Shown piece by piece: positions 20,203 through 30,908 of a stretch of DNA of 64,000 nucleotides. The notes under the pieces are model-generated. The model did no database searches, was not told the origin of the DNA, and saw only the letters and a list, made by a program, of their open reading frames with translations. This stretch comes from a virus: IMG/VR virus record IMGVR_UViG_3300009130_000005, positions 1 through 64,000 of that record; one strand, given 5' to 3'. The translations under genes and the position numbers were made by a program. Numbering within the stretch: the stretch's first letter is position 1; every line of letters starts with the position of its first letter.

Positions 20203-20927
20203 AAAAAAATAAAATCAAAGCTTTTTATCTAAGAAATCAAAGGGTTGGTTCGACCAGCTTCCTAGGAACTTTCGGAGGACTCTCCCCACTAATGACTGAA
20301 TCCTGCCATGCTAGCTACGAATTCGCAGAGCATCGATATAATTTAAGAAAAAAAAACGAGAAAGGCTTTACAGAGTGGGAAGATTTACACAAGATTGTTT
20401 CAGTGAGAAATCCATTTGATCAGCATGTAGCACAATATTTCAAAAGGAAAGGTATTGGTACAAAAGAATTCGGTGCCCAGACCCCAAAAGTACAAAAAAG
20501 AATTATCGAAAACTTCATGATGCATGTTGATAGCCAATATATTTTTTTCAAGGACGCTATTGAAAACAAAATTACAAACAATGAATTAACTGGAAAATTC
20601 GCACGTAGTGCATTTTTGCAATGCTATATATGTTGGCCAATATATACATTTAAAAATGAAATCATGACATCCTTATGCATCAAAGGGGATGGCCCACACT
20701 TAGAAAAAGATTTACTGGAGATGCTAAAACTTCTAGACCTCCGAGATTGCCCTGATGCCAGGAAACGCTGCAGTATTTATCTAAAAAAATCCATTGAAAG
20801 GGGTTATACAGGAGGAAAGAGGCGGGAAGTTTTCAGAGATTATAAAAATTTTTATAACCCAGAAACAAAAAAGAAAGTCAGACAAATGAGAGCTATGGAA
20901 ATCAACGCACACAATTACAAATTTTAA
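20199..20927 (+). CDS. Divergent sulfotransferase-like protein
   Basis: LRNQRVGSTS, VRNPFDQHVA, YKNFYNPETKKKV...EINAHNYKF. Confidence 0.65.
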   Translation: MKKNKIKAFYLRNQRVGSTSFLGTFGGLSPLMTESCHASYEFAEHRYNLRKKNEKGFTEWEDLHKIVSVRNPFDQHVAQYFKRKGIGTKEFGAQTPKVQKRIIENFMMHVDSQYIFFKDAIENKITNNELTGKFARSAFLQCYICWPIYTFKNEIMTSLCIKGDGPHLEKDLLEMLKLLDLRDCPDARKRCSIYLKKSIERGYTGGKRREVFRDYKNFYNPETKKKVRQMRAMEINAHNYKF

Positions 20928-20929
20928 TC

Positions 20930-22075
20930 ATGATAGTTTCACACAAACATAAATTCATATTCATAAAAACACACAAGACTGCAACGCAAACTTTCCTCAA
21001 GTTTATTAAACCGCACCTTGGGCCAGATGATGTAATGGCAGGAGACCCAGAGCTTATAAACAAAGAAGGAGAACTAATAAATGCAGATACAAAAGTTAAC
21101 GTAGACAAAGTATTCGAAGCAACTGGAAAATGCGCGCAAGAATATCAAGAGATATACGGAAACCACTTGCCTTGGTTTGTAATCAAAGAGATTGTCGGAG
21201 AAGAATACTGGAACAGCTATACAAAATTTACAATAGAAAGAAGCCCGAAGGACAGATTGATGTCACTATTTTACTTTGTAAACCCAGTACTGACTACCAT
21301 AACTTCTCAAATGTGCCCAGATTTCCAGAAAGAAGTTTCCGAAAAAGTCAGAGAAGCTCCAAGACTAGAAAAAGAAGGTAAACTGAAAGAGGCAAAAGAA
21401 TTATACCAGTTAAAAGAAAAGTATATTAAATCAAGACAAACAATACTACAAAGATTCCCAGAAGAAACAAGAGAATATTTTGAAGAATGGTTAATAACGC
21501 AATTAGCAGCAGACCCTCAGCCCATAACCAACATCAGATCCTACGGCGTGGAGTGTCACGAGGACGAGATAAGTAGCTATATTCAAACCGCCAAAAAATT
21601 TAACTTCAATCGGTTTTTAGAACTAATGGACGCGGAAATCTTATTCAAGAAAGGTTCAAATAGCTATACTAAATTTCCTTATTTAAAAAATCAAGAGTTA
21701 AATAATTTTGGTGTCTTTGAAGAGCCTTTCAGGAGATCGAGGCACCTAACAGGGCAGTGCCGCTTTCTAAATTACGGAAACTATTACGACGGGAAAGAAA
21801 TGCAGGTAGATCATATTGTTAATTTCAAAAATATAGGAAACGAACTTGGAAATTTTTTCAAAAAATTTAATATAAAAATACAATGCAACAAAAACCTCTT
21901 TGACAAGTCCACTCAAAACGCTCACTACAGAAAAAATATTAGCGAAAAAAAGCCACTAGACTGGTGGTTCAAAGGAAAGCGTAGACAACTCTTAAACAAA
22001 CTAATTCAAAAAAGATTTTACAATAATTCGAATGGAGAAAAATCAATAAACCTACAACCTTTTAACATAAAATAA
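20930..22075 (+). CDS. Sulfotransferase-like protein with large insertion
   Basis: MIVSHKHKFIFIKTHKTATQT, ERSPKDRLMS. Confidence 0.7.
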   Translation: MIVSHKHKFIFIKTHKTATQTFLKFIKPHLGPDDVMAGDPELINKEGELINADTKVNVDKVFEATGKCAQEYQEIYGNHLPWFVIKEIVGEEYWNSYTKFTIERSPKDRLMSLFYFVNPVLTTITSQMCPDFQKEVSEKVREAPRLEKEGKLKEAKELYQLKEKYIKSRQTILQRFPEETREYFEEWLITQLAADPQPITNIRSYGVECHEDEISSYIQTAKKFNFNRFLELMDAEILFKKGSNSYTKFPYLKNQELNNFGVFEEPFRRSRHLTGQCRFLNYGNYYDGKEMQVDHIVNFKNIGNELGNFFKKFNIKIQCNKNLFDKSTQNAHYRKNISEKKPLDWWFKGKRRQLLNKLIQKRFYNNSNGEKSINLQPFNIK

Positions 22076-22079
22076 AAAC

Positions 22080-23939
22080 ATGACAAGCGAAAAACCATAC
22101 AACTCACACCTTTGCACATTTATGGGCAGAGAAGCCAACCTAGAAATACTATTGCCCTATATAGAGGGAGCGTTATTTAATAACGCCGTAGATAACTACT
22201 GGTTTATAGATATGACCCGCAAGCGAAGCGACCACGAACTTATCAAAAAAGAAAGCTCCAGACTCAACGGTCTGTTTCCAGGCAGAGTGCATCTTTATAA
22301 TAGTGAAGAGCGAGCAAAAATAATCGATGATCCCGAAAAGATAGCAGAAGTTGCATCAGACTGGAGCGTTTTTTATAAATTCTTGCTGAAATTTAAAGAC
22401 AATGATATAATCGCCAAATGTGACGATGACACATATTTTATTGATATCGCAACACTAGCATCAGCCTTTGAACTCAGATGGAACAATAAGAAACCTTTTC
22501 TTATGCATGCTAACGCAATTAATAATGGTGTTTGCGCATACCATCAAAACAAAAAGGGAATATGGAAAGACAAAGAAACAAAAACTTACCCGCCAGGAGG
22601 CTTATCTGGCCCTCTTTTCGCTCACCCTGAAGTAGCTTGCAGTCATCATAAAAAGTTTACCCAAGACATGATTGCAAATCCCGCAAACATAGATAAATAT
22701 AAACTTAAAGATAACATTCAATTCTGCAATCGAGTGAGTATCAATTTCATATTCATGTTAGGTAAAGATAGAAAAGCTTTATCAAAAATAACAAGACAAG
22801 ATGAATACGACACAAGCGTAAAAATTCCACAACAACAAGATAGACCGAATATGCTCATAGGCGATTTCATTATGGCACACCATACATACGGAAATCAAGA
22901 GCCAACAATGGAGAAGCTTAAAACAGATCAAGGGTATCAAAAACTTAAAAACAAACTTAAGCCAGCAACGACAAAAGTAGAACCACTAGACATAAACACT
23001 AAAGTTAATGCAGTATCAACCATCAGAGGCGAGGGAGGCCTACTAGGAAGAAGCTGGGTAGAAAGCGACACTTATGTTCTTAAAAACCCAGAGAATGGAG
23101 AATTCATTTCCTTGTCAGACGAAATTCAAGAAGCAAAGTATGGCGATATGTTAAAAAGAAAATTCTCTAGAACCAATAACATAAAAGAAGCAACATTGTT
23201 TAATATAAAAGCGGGGAAAGTCGAGTCCATATGGATAGAAAATTCAGCTCACATATTAAAATGCCCAGACGAAGAATCAATTAAAAAAGGAAAAAATTGC
23301 CTATGTTTTCTAAATTTAGGAATGTCAGGAAGAGCTATGTATCTAACCAACAAAGTTTTAGTCAAAAAGTCTGGCAAATTTATGACCATACAATCAAGCT
23401 TAGACAAAAGCCTGTATCTTGCCCCTAAAACAGTTTCAGAAAAAATGTTAAAAGATAGGCCTGAAGATGCAAAAAAAATTCTATCAATGAATCACTTTAC
23501 CAGAGACGCAGAATTTAAATGGGAAGCGATACCTATGAAAGATTTTGTCAACTTAGTAATTCCAATTAATATAAAAAGATGCAAGAATAAAAAACTTTCA
23601 AACGATTGCACAACAGCTTCTTCAAAAATTAAAGGTCTACCAGATTTAATTTCCTCTGTAGATTTTATATGGAACATAGGTCAATATATGTGGGAATTTA
23701 TTCCAACAAAAAAAGAAAACACATATCTTATAAAACTCATAGCGGACAACAAGCCAGACCTATATCTATCTTATAATAAAAAACAAGATAAAGTCCTAAC
23801 AACCAGCTTAAAAGACGAGTGGATCATTGAAAAACAATTCTTAAAACATCGAGCAAGCGGAAAATACTTAAACATTCAAAACGGCGAGGTAAAATTATTA
23901 CCAAAAAAATCTAAGCTAGTAATGTGTCCGCAAAAATAA
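22080..23939 (+). CDS. Glycosyltransferase-like N-domain plus beta-rich (trefoil/lectin-like) C-domain
   Basis: FMGREANL, AKCDDDTYFID, HANAINNG, RVSINFI. Confidence 0.55.
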   Translation: MTSEKPYNSHLCTFMGREANLEILLPYIEGALFNNAVDNYWFIDMTRKRSDHELIKKESSRLNGLFPGRVHLYNSEERAKIIDDPEKIAEVASDWSVFYKFLLKFKDNDIIAKCDDDTYFIDIATLASAFELRWNNKKPFLMHANAINNGVCAYHQNKKGIWKDKETKTYPPGGLSGPLFAHPEVACSHHKKFTQDMIANPANIDKYKLKDNIQFCNRVSINFIFMLGKDRKALSKITRQDEYDTSVKIPQQQDRPNMLIGDFIMAHHTYGNQEPTMEKLKTDQGYQKLKNKLKPATTKVEPLDINTKVNAVSTIRGEGGLLGRSWVESDTYVLKNPENGEFISLSDEIQEAKYGDMLKRKFSRTNNIKEATLFNIKAGKVESIWIENSAHILKCPDEESIKKGKNCLCFLNLGMSGRAMYLTNKVLVKKSGKFMTIQSSLDKSLYLAPKTVSEKMLKDRPEDAKKILSMNHFTRDAEFKWEAIPMKDFVNLVIPINIKRCKNKKLSNDCTTASSKIKGLPDLISSVDFIWNIGQYMWEFIPTKKENTYLIKLIADNKPDLYLSYNKKQDKVLTTSLKDEWIIEKQFLKHRASGKYLNIQNGEVKLLPKKSKLVMCPQK

Positions 23940-25735
23940 AAAAATATAGATCAAACTTCTGTACATTTTTAGGGCGCAGAGAAAACATAGAAATACTACA
24001 CGCCTATATAGAAAAAGCACTAGAGCTTTCGATTCTTGACAGGTACTTCATGATAGACATGACTAGGTCATTCCCTGACCATGAATTCCTAAAGCAAGAG
24101 TATGATAGATTATCAAAAAAATTCAACAAAAGAGTTTTTCTCAGAAATAGTGAAGAGCAATCTTTAAAGTTGACAAAAAAGAGAGAGCCCAACGATGTAG
24201 ACTGGGGGGTGTTTTACAAGATATTTGAAGAATTCTCGGACGAAGATGTCGTAATAAAGTGCGACGACGATATTCTATTTATTGACCTTGATCACCTAGA
24301 AGCTGCAATAGAGCTCAGGTATAAAAACAAAACCCCCTTCATTATGCATGCAAACTGCATCAACAATGGGTTATGCGCATACCATCAATACAAACAAAAA
24401 GTATGGAGATTTAATAGCGAACTACTAAATAGACACCCATCAGGAGGCCTAGCAGGCCCAATATTCATAGACAAAGGATCTCTTGCAAAGAAAATGCACA
24501 AACAATTTTCGAGAGATATAAATGAAGACTACAAGAACCTGCAGAGATATAAACTTAAGTCCAATCTATATTCAACAAACAGAATCTCAATTAATTTTAT
24601 TTTCCTTTTAGGTAAAGACAGAGCGGAGCTTAAGCCAATATCGCATCAGGATGAATATTTAGTTAGCTGCAAAATTCCCCAGAAAAAAAATAGGCCCAAC
24701 TTAATAATGCCAGACTTTATTGTTTCGCATTTTTCTTATGGAGCGCAAACTTCCCTTGGAAAAAGCGACAGGGAACCTTATAAAAAATTAGCACAGAAAG
24801 TTTTAAGAAAAAAAATTAGACATAAAAACATCAACACAAACATAAATCCCGCTACAGTAATAGGAGAAGACGACAACCTACTTATAGGTACATCCACCAA
24901 AGAAAGGTATTCCATAAAAAACGCAGCACACAATTGCTATATGTCAATAGACTTTTTAAAAATAGAAAAATTCACAACCAATTCTGATTCAGAAAAAACA
25001 TACACTGGTGAATTTTGGCTAACAAATAAACTAAAGGGAACCGAGCAAGTAGAAACACTGTTTGACCTAAAAGAAAAAACACTCAAAAACAAATCGCTTA
25101 TATTAAAAAGCTCAACCAGCAGTCAATCCCACACTCAATATTCCGCGTCTTTTTTAAATAATTTTCACGATTATAATTTCGAAAAAAATAAAGTATCCAT
25201 CACGACTGCAGGAAAAGTATCTTACATCCAAGACTGCCAAGGAAGATACCTAACATGTGGACAACAAAAAAATGGAAGCAAAATCTTTTACTTTCAAAGA
25301 GTTAAAAACACCAACAGAATAAGGAAGACGCAAGAATGGATTATAAAGGATCAATATAATGACGACCTATTTTCTGGAAAGATTGTAAGATGCACGGATT
25401 TTCTAGAAAACGACGGATCCTACATATCAACAAAAGATTTTAAAATAAAAAACTCCAGAGGGTTCATCTGGTCTCTGGAAAATTACATGTGGGAAATAGT
25501 TCCATGTAAAAACTTATTAAGTTTATTTGCCAAGAGTTACTATATAAAACTAATTAACGACGAAGAGGACAGATATATTTCCATACAAAAAGGAAAATTA
25601 AAACTAACAAAAAAGCCTTATCAATGGAAAATAAAAAACAAAAACTTTTTTGACCCCAAAACCAAGCAATACATAAACACAAAAGCAGAGACACTTTTAT
25701 CTAAAAATATTGAAGAATGCATGATCAAAGTGTAA
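23924..25735 (+). CDS. Tandem paralog of 22080..23939
   Basis: FLGRRENI, IKCDDDILFID, HANCINNG, RISINFI, YMWE. Confidence 0.55.
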   Translation: MSAKIKKYRSNFCTFLGRRENIEILHAYIEKALELSILDRYFMIDMTRSFPDHEFLKQEYDRLSKKFNKRVFLRNSEEQSLKLTKKREPNDVDWGVFYKIFEEFSDEDVVIKCDDDILFIDLDHLEAAIELRYKNKTPFIMHANCINNGLCAYHQYKQKVWRFNSELLNRHPSGGLAGPIFIDKGSLAKKMHKQFSRDINEDYKNLQRYKLKSNLYSTNRISINFIFLLGKDRAELKPISHQDEYLVSCKIPQKKNRPNLIMPDFIVSHFSYGAQTSLGKSDREPYKKLAQKVLRKKIRHKNINTNINPATVIGEDDNLLIGTSTKERYSIKNAAHNCYMSIDFLKIEKFTTNSDSEKTYTGEFWLTNKLKGTEQVETLFDLKEKTLKNKSLILKSSTSSQSHTQYSASFLNNFHDYNFEKNKVSITTAGKVSYIQDCQGRYLTCGQQKNGSKIFYFQRVKNTNRIRKTQEWIIKDQYNDDLFSGKIVRCTDFLENDGSYISTKDFKIKNSRGFIWSLENYMWEIVPCKNLLSLFAKSYYIKLINDEEDRYISIQKGKLKLTKKPYQWKIKNKNFFDPKTKQYINTKAETLLSKNIEECMIKV

Positions 25736-25746
25736 TATCATTAAGT

Positions 25747-27408
25747 ATGATTTCTGATAAAATCACAGTTGTCTATGCTACTAGTCCCCATAGATTTGGC
25801 GAGGAAGACTTAATGATAAATTTCTCAATAGAAAGCGTCAAGTCTTTTGGTCTTAAGGGTTGCGATATTATTATATGCGCAGACGGAATAAACCCAAATT
25901 CAAATTACGCCCGAAAAGAAGAGACAGAAAAATATAAAACCTATATTCAGAAATTGACGGACAGATATGGAGCAGACAATCTCTGCGTCTCAGATAAACA
26001 TATAGGCCTTACAAAAAACTACCTTCAGGCATGGGAACATAAAAAAATTAAAACAGAAAATGTCTTCTTCATGAATCATGATGTAGCCCTTTTGCCAACA
26101 TTTCTAGATCTAGACATAGAAGAAATAATCAATGACAGGCCAGACTTCGTGAACACTACAATATTTCCCAGAGATAGCTTTGACGCAGTTCCTGGAAAAA
26201 ACTGGTGGAGAGTCCAAGAGGTAAGCAAGCATCCGCTAAATAAACAATTTAAAAATGCTTGGGCAAAAGATTGCAAGATGGCCTTCGGCAACCAAGACCA
26301 CGGATGCATCATAAAAACCGACTTCTTTCAAGAATTTGTAAGCAGATTTTACGAGCCCAAAAAAACTTTCTTTCTTGAGGACTCTGTTCAGGATTACCTA
26401 AGAAAAATAGATAATGATGACTTTGAAAGTTGGGCCAAAGTAGGTGGTTGCGTATGGAAAGGGTCTTACACATTTCACCTTGATGGTCATAGTAAAGCTG
26501 GAGCGGAGCACAAACAAGAAAACAACAGAAAAGGAGAAAGTGTATGGAGTCCAGGAAATATTGTAACAAAAAATTTAAAATCAATAAAGACAAACAAAAA
26601 TTCCACAAAAGAACTTCTCGATACGCTACAAAAACTATTAGAGATTGAGAAAAAAGGTATTGCTATAAGAACCTACGAGAACTATAAAAAATTTGCATGG
26701 GATCTTTTTCACCTACATGCAATTAACCATACTCAAGGCGCAGGAATAGAAGAAAACTTAACACTAAATCCCACAACAAGCAAGGTCCCACTACCCCTAG
26801 AAGATGAAAACTATAAATTTAGCATCAATTACGGAATAGAAAGTTTTAAAATTTCATGGAAAAATCTGGAAAATGATAGGTTGATCCTAAACCTCAACGA
26901 GGGAAAAAGAAAAATTCGATGGGGAGGACACCAAAGAAATTGTATAAATTTATTCTACAAAGAAGAGGCTATATTTAGAAATTCGCTTATAAATCTAGAG
27001 GCGTTTAATTATTCCCAGGAAAGCAAACCCTCAATAGCTAAAGAAGACTTCGAAACAGCTCTGGTGTCCTCAGATAAAAAAGGTGGAATTTATATATCTT
27101 GGGAAAACCCTGAAGGCTTAGAGCTAAAAATGCATCTTAAGGATTCTTTTGGTAACATTCTAGAAGAACAGGCAAAAGAAGGTTTGTACAAATATAATGC
27201 AGCAAGCCTACTCCCAGCAGACTTTTTAATGGGGTGGTTTGACGTAAGTAGTAATAAAAATCAACTAGGTAAAACTTGGAATTTTATTATTGAAATAAAA
27301 GAGTACCTTTACTCTAACTTTAATCCAGTAGACCTGTGCTTATCTTGCTGCAGCGAAATAGAAAAAGCTTCTGGAGTTACCCAGCTTTTAAACCAAAAGG
27401 CCATATAA
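25747..27408 (+). CDS. GT-A-fold glycosyltransferase-like protein
   Basis: VVYATSP, IICADG, FFMNHD, FHLDG; start at the ATG 12 nt after GTGTA. Confidence 0.5.
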   Translation: MISDKITVVYATSPHRFGEEDLMINFSIESVKSFGLKGCDIIICADGINPNSNYARKEETEKYKTYIQKLTDRYGADNLCVSDKHIGLTKNYLQAWEHKKIKTENVFFMNHDVALLPTFLDLDIEEIINDRPDFVNTTIFPRDSFDAVPGKNWWRVQEVSKHPLNKQFKNAWAKDCKMAFGNQDHGCIIKTDFFQEFVSRFYEPKKTFFLEDSVQDYLRKIDNDDFESWAKVGGCVWKGSYTFHLDGHSKAGAEHKQENNRKGESVWSPGNIVTKNLKSIKTNKNSTKELLDTLQKLLEIEKKGIAIRTYENYKKFAWDLFHLHAINHTQGAGIEENLTLNPTTSKVPLPLEDENYKFSINYGIESFKISWKNLENDRLILNLNEGKRKIRWGGHQRNCINLFYKEEAIFRNSLINLEAFNYSQESKPSIAKEDFETALVSSDKKGGIYISWENPEGLELKMHLKDSFGNILEEQAKEGLYKYNAASLLPADFLMGWFDVSSNKNQLGKTWNFIIEIKEYLYSNFNPVDLCLSCCSEIEKASGVTQLLNQKAI

Positions 27409-27427
27409 ACTTTTTAAAATCGTTATC

Positions 27428-28069
27428 ATGATACTAGATAAGTGGAAAGCAATTTTTATACATATTCCAAGAACCGCAGGAGGAAGCACAGAAGTTGCTC
27501 TACTAAAAAAGTACTTTAAGAGGAATAGGGTTCCCTACAACCTAAAGGCTAGGCTAGACTTACTTACCCTAAATGAAGAATGGACACAGCATTATACAAT
27601 TCAAGAAACGATAGATGCGTTTAATATAAACCCCGAGGAATATTTTAAATTCTGCTTCACAAGAAACCCTTGGGATAAAGTTCTTAGCGAATACATGTAT
27701 ATTAAAAAAGAAAACGGGTGCCACTGCGCAAGAGAAGATGTCCCAAAGACTTTTAACGATTGGTGTGTAAACGGAATGCCATGCGCATACGAAAAACATC
27801 TTCAACCACAAATAGATTTTATTTTAGATGTAGATCAAAATTGCATAATGGACTTTGTTGGGAGTTATGAAAACCTAGAAAAAGATTTGCGGTTTATTTT
27901 TAATAAGTATAAAATAAAAGGCAAACCTCCCTACATGAACGAAACCAGAGATGCAGACTGCAAAAAAAAGAAGCACTACACCGAATACTACGATGACGAA
28001 ACTCGTCAAATCGTTGCGGAAAAATACGCAAAAGATATCGAGTACTTCGGGTATAAATTTGGAGAATAA
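27428..28069 (+). CDS. Sulfotransferase
   Basis: FIHIPRTAGGS, RNPWDKVLS. Confidence 0.88.
   Translation: MILDKWKAIFIHIPRTAGGSTEVALLKKYFKRNRVPYNLKARLDLLTLNEEWTQHYTIQETIDAFNINPEEYFKFCFTRNPWDKVLSEYMYIKKENGCHCAREDVPKTFNDWCVNGMPCAYEKHLQPQIDFILDVDQNCIMDFVGSYENLEKDLRFIFNKYKIKGKPPYMNETRDADCKKKKHYTEYYDDETRQIVAEKYAKDIEYFGYKFGE
27974..28066 (+). repeat. Sulfotransferase 3'-end repeat, copy 2
   Basis: First 32 nt identical to copy 4. Confidence 0.8.
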
Positions 28070-28072
28070 AAA

Positions 28073-28648
28073 ATGATAAACCACAAAGCTAATTTTATTT
28101 TTATTCATATTCCTAAAACAGGAGGAACATCAATCGAACAAGCCCTGCTGCGAGATAACCCCCTAAAATGGCAGTGGTGGAAAGCCAAGCATGAATACAT
28201 GTACCCCGACGTACTCAACAAAGTGGCAAAATGCAACGGGATTGAGAGTTACTTTTCATTTTCTTTCGTCAGAAATCCGTGGGACAAAATAGTATCGCAG
28301 TATCACTATAATCGAGACTGGTTTGGCATGGGGGATTATACATTTGACGAATATATTCGAGCGTTCAATAAAGGTAGAAAAATTTCTGCCAATAACCCCT
28401 ACCTTTTACCATGGATTACTGACAATAAAGGCAATGTGCTTGTGGATTTTATTGGAAGGTTTGAAAATCTTCAAGAAGATTTCGACACAGTTTGTGACAA
28501 AATAGGGACCAAACGACAACGCCTTCCCTATAAAAACAAAACAAAACACAAACACTACACCGAATACTACAATGATGAAACACGGGCTATTGTTGCAGAG
28601 AAATACGCAAAAGACATTGAATATTTCGGATATGAATTCGGAGAATAA
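28073..28648 (+). CDS. Sulfotransferase
   Basis: FIHIPKTGGTS, RNPWDKIVS, IGRFE. Confidence 0.9.
   Translation: MINHKANFIFIHIPKTGGTSIEQALLRDNPLKWQWWKAKHEYMYPDVLNKVAKCNGIESYFSFSFVRNPWDKIVSQYHYNRDWFGMGDYTFDEYIRAFNKGRKISANNPYLLPWITDNKGNVLVDFIGRFENLQEDFDTVCDKIGTKRQRLPYKNKTKHKHYTEYYNDETRAIVAEKYAKDIEYFGYEFGE
28553..28645 (+). repeat. Sulfotransferase 3'-end repeat, copy 3
   Basis: CACTACACCGAATACTAC...GAATTCGGAGAA. Confidence 0.8.
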
Positions 28649-28667
28649 ATTATGAACTTTATGAAAA

Positions 28668-29288
28668 ATGATAAATCATAAATATAAGTTTGTTTTCGTA
28701 TTGTTGCCAAAAACTGGCACAACAAGTATTCTTAATATGTTTAAAAATAACCACTATTTAAGTAAAGATACAATCGCGGGTACTGGAGCAGGACGACATT
28801 ATGATAAGTTGAGTGACGATGAATTAAATTATTTAAAAATAGCTACTTGCCGTAATCCATTTTCAAGAGTTGTTTCGCTGTGGAAATACTGGAACATGAG
28901 ACTGCGCTGGGAAAAAATCCCAACTGTAGGATTTTCGTACTTTGTAAAAAATTATACAAAGATGCAGAAAAAAATATGTCTTGCTTTTGATAAAATGACA
29001 GAAATACATTTCTATACCTGCGTTGATGGCATTACTTTATCTACGGGCGGTAGTTTATCTTGCACTGATATAGATCTTTGGATCAAAACTGAAAATCTTA
29101 AAAAAGATATTAATATTGCCTGCGACAAAATCGGAATTCCGCGAGACCAACCTCCACACAAAAACCAAACAAAACATAAACACTACACCGAATACTACGA
29201 TGACGAAACTCGCCAAATCGTTGCAAAGAAATACGCAAAAGACATTGAATACTTCGGATATGAATTCGGGGGATTAACAAATGAATAA
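28668..29288 (+). CDS. Sulfotransferase
   Basis: LPKTGTTS, RNPFSRVVS. Confidence 0.85.
   Translation: MINHKYKFVFVLLPKTGTTSILNMFKNNHYLSKDTIAGTGAGRHYDKLSDDELNYLKIATCRNPFSRVVSLWKYWNMRLRWEKIPTVGFSYFVKNYTKMQKKICLAFDKMTEIHFYTCVDGITLSTGGSLSCTDIDLWIKTENLKKDINIACDKIGIPRDQPPHKNQTKHKHYTEYYDDETRQIVAKKYAKDIEYFGYEFGGLTNE
29181..29273 (+). repeat. Sulfotransferase 3'-end repeat, copy 4
   Basis: Near-identical to copies 1-3. Confidence 0.8.
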
Positions 29289-30051
29289 TCAAATAAAAAT
29301 TGAGTACAACGGAATGAATTGCATACTGACAGATGCCGACGAACAATTTAATACGATTAAAGATCTCACGCTAAAAAGAATGGAAAAATCTAGACGGCTT
29401 AATGAAATTTTTTACTTACAAGCGTTAAGGGAAGAAGGTAAAGATTTTCAAGGAGAAAAAATTCCTGAGACCATAAAGTATTCCAACAACTCAAGACTGG
29501 CACAATACCCAAAGCTAGAAAAAACAATAGACTATTCTTTTGTTGGTCAAGTGCAATGCTATTGGGACGCATCCAGAATTTTGCCAATGAGACACTGGAT
29601 ACTTGAATACATAGAAAAATTTTTCACAAAAGACTCTTTTCTGCAATTCACAATCAACAAGGGAAGCAGAATGAGTAAAAAAAATAAAAAAGTATTATCA
29701 AAATTTAAAAACAAAGCCTACAATAAGAGCTCCCGTCCGATATTTAAAAAAATAGATAAAAGCCCAGAGAAATTAAACACCTACTTTGGTCCAGACGAAA
29801 AATATTTAGAAGTACTGGCTTCGAGTAAGTTTAGTCTTTGTCCAGGAGGAGACGCCCCTTGGAGCATTAGGTTCTACGAATCAATCGCCCTCGGGGCAAT
29901 CCCAATATTAAAAGACAAAAAAGAAGCTTTTTATTCAAACAATACATCAGGACCAAACTACAAATTCTATCTCAATACAGAAAAGCCGAAATATAAAAAG
30001 TCTTGGGCGAAGCACAATTTAGAACTATTTCAACAAGAACATTTAGTGTAA
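29281..30051 (+). CDS. Exostosin (GT47)-like glycosyltransferase
   Basis: SSKFSLCPGGDAPWSIRFYESIALGAIP. Confidence 0.8.
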   Translation: MNNQIKIEYNGMNCILTDADEQFNTIKDLTLKRMEKSRRLNEIFYLQALREEGKDFQGEKIPETIKYSNNSRLAQYPKLEKTIDYSFVGQVQCYWDASRILPMRHWILEYIEKFFTKDSFLQFTINKGSRMSKKNKKVLSKFKNKAYNKSSRPIFKKIDKSPEKLNTYFGPDEKYLEVLASSKFSLCPGGDAPWSIRFYESIALGAIPILKDKKEAFYSNNTSGPNYKFYLNTEKPKYKKSWAKHNLELFQQEHLV

Positions 30052-30059
30052 CTTAAAAG

Positions 30060-30908
30060 GTGAACGCAAAACAAAAAACAGACCAAGCAGCCAAATCAAT
30101 AGAAGATTTAGGATATGCAGTAATTAAAGATGTTTTTAGCGATAATCTTACAAGCGAATTCTTAAATAAACTAGAAGACATTCCAAAAAAGCGCATAGGT
30201 TACGGGGGAGTCAATATATGTCACACAAAATTCCTTCACACCTCTGAAAGCTTTATGAATATCTTAAGTAAAGACGAAATTTTCATGCTATCGCAAAGAA
30301 TTTGTGGAGATAGATGCAGGTTGGATCATGCTTTTTACCATGATTGTAAAAAAAACGAAGGCTTAAAAAAAGGAGAGTCATTAATCAACAAAAATATAGG
30401 CGCAGGAATTCATGGAGGAGTCAATTGTTGCTGGGGGATGAATTTTTATAGAAGCGGTTATCCAATCAATATAAATTTTCCAAGAACGAATAGATTAAAC
30501 TTTCATATTACCCTTACAGACACTGGACCCTTCAGAGGGGGACCTCAGCTAATACCATCAACACACATTGGAGATTATAATTACCCAATGTGCGGGGGAG
30601 ATAATGTTAAGGTAAAGGCAAACGGAGAGGCTGATGTAGATTTTAATAAAATGATCATACCTCAGTCAAGAAAAGGAGATGTAATAGTTTTTTTAGACTC
30701 TCTATTGCACGGAACTTCGTTCCACAGGTTCGAAAGAAGGAACTTGTACTTGATGGTAACATCTGCTTTTACATCAATGTACCCTTATAGTATGTTAAAC
30801 AAAGAAATAGCACATTTAGCAAAAAATGAGAGGCAAAAACAGATGCTTGCTGAACCATGCGCTGTACCACAAGACTCATTAAAGCGAACACTAGAATCAA
30901 TAAAATGA
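30060..30908 (+). CDS. PhyH-family 2OG-Fe(II) dioxygenase
   Basis: LGYAVIKDV, LTDTGP..GGPQLIPSTH, KGDVIVF...LLHG. Confidence 0.75.
   Translation: MNAKQKTDQAAKSIEDLGYAVIKDVFSDNLTSEFLNKLEDIPKKRIGYGGVNICHTKFLHTSESFMNILSKDEIFMLSQRICGDRCRLDHAFYHDCKKNEGLKKGESLINKNIGAGIHGGVNCCWGMNFYRSGYPININFPRTNRLNFHITLTDTGPFRGGPQLIPSTHIGDYNYPMCGGDNVKVKANGEADVDFNKMIIPQSRKGDVIVFLDSLLHGTSFHRFERRNLYLMVTSAFTSMYPYSMLNKEIAHLAKNERQKQMLAEPCAVPQDSLKRTLESIK

Noticed and set aside
16636-29273. Repeats as a CRISPR array or DGR template/variable pair
   Set aside because: They are in-frame coding ends of paralogs, irregularly spaced; differences are not adenine-specific, and no cas or reverse transcriptase gene is in the window
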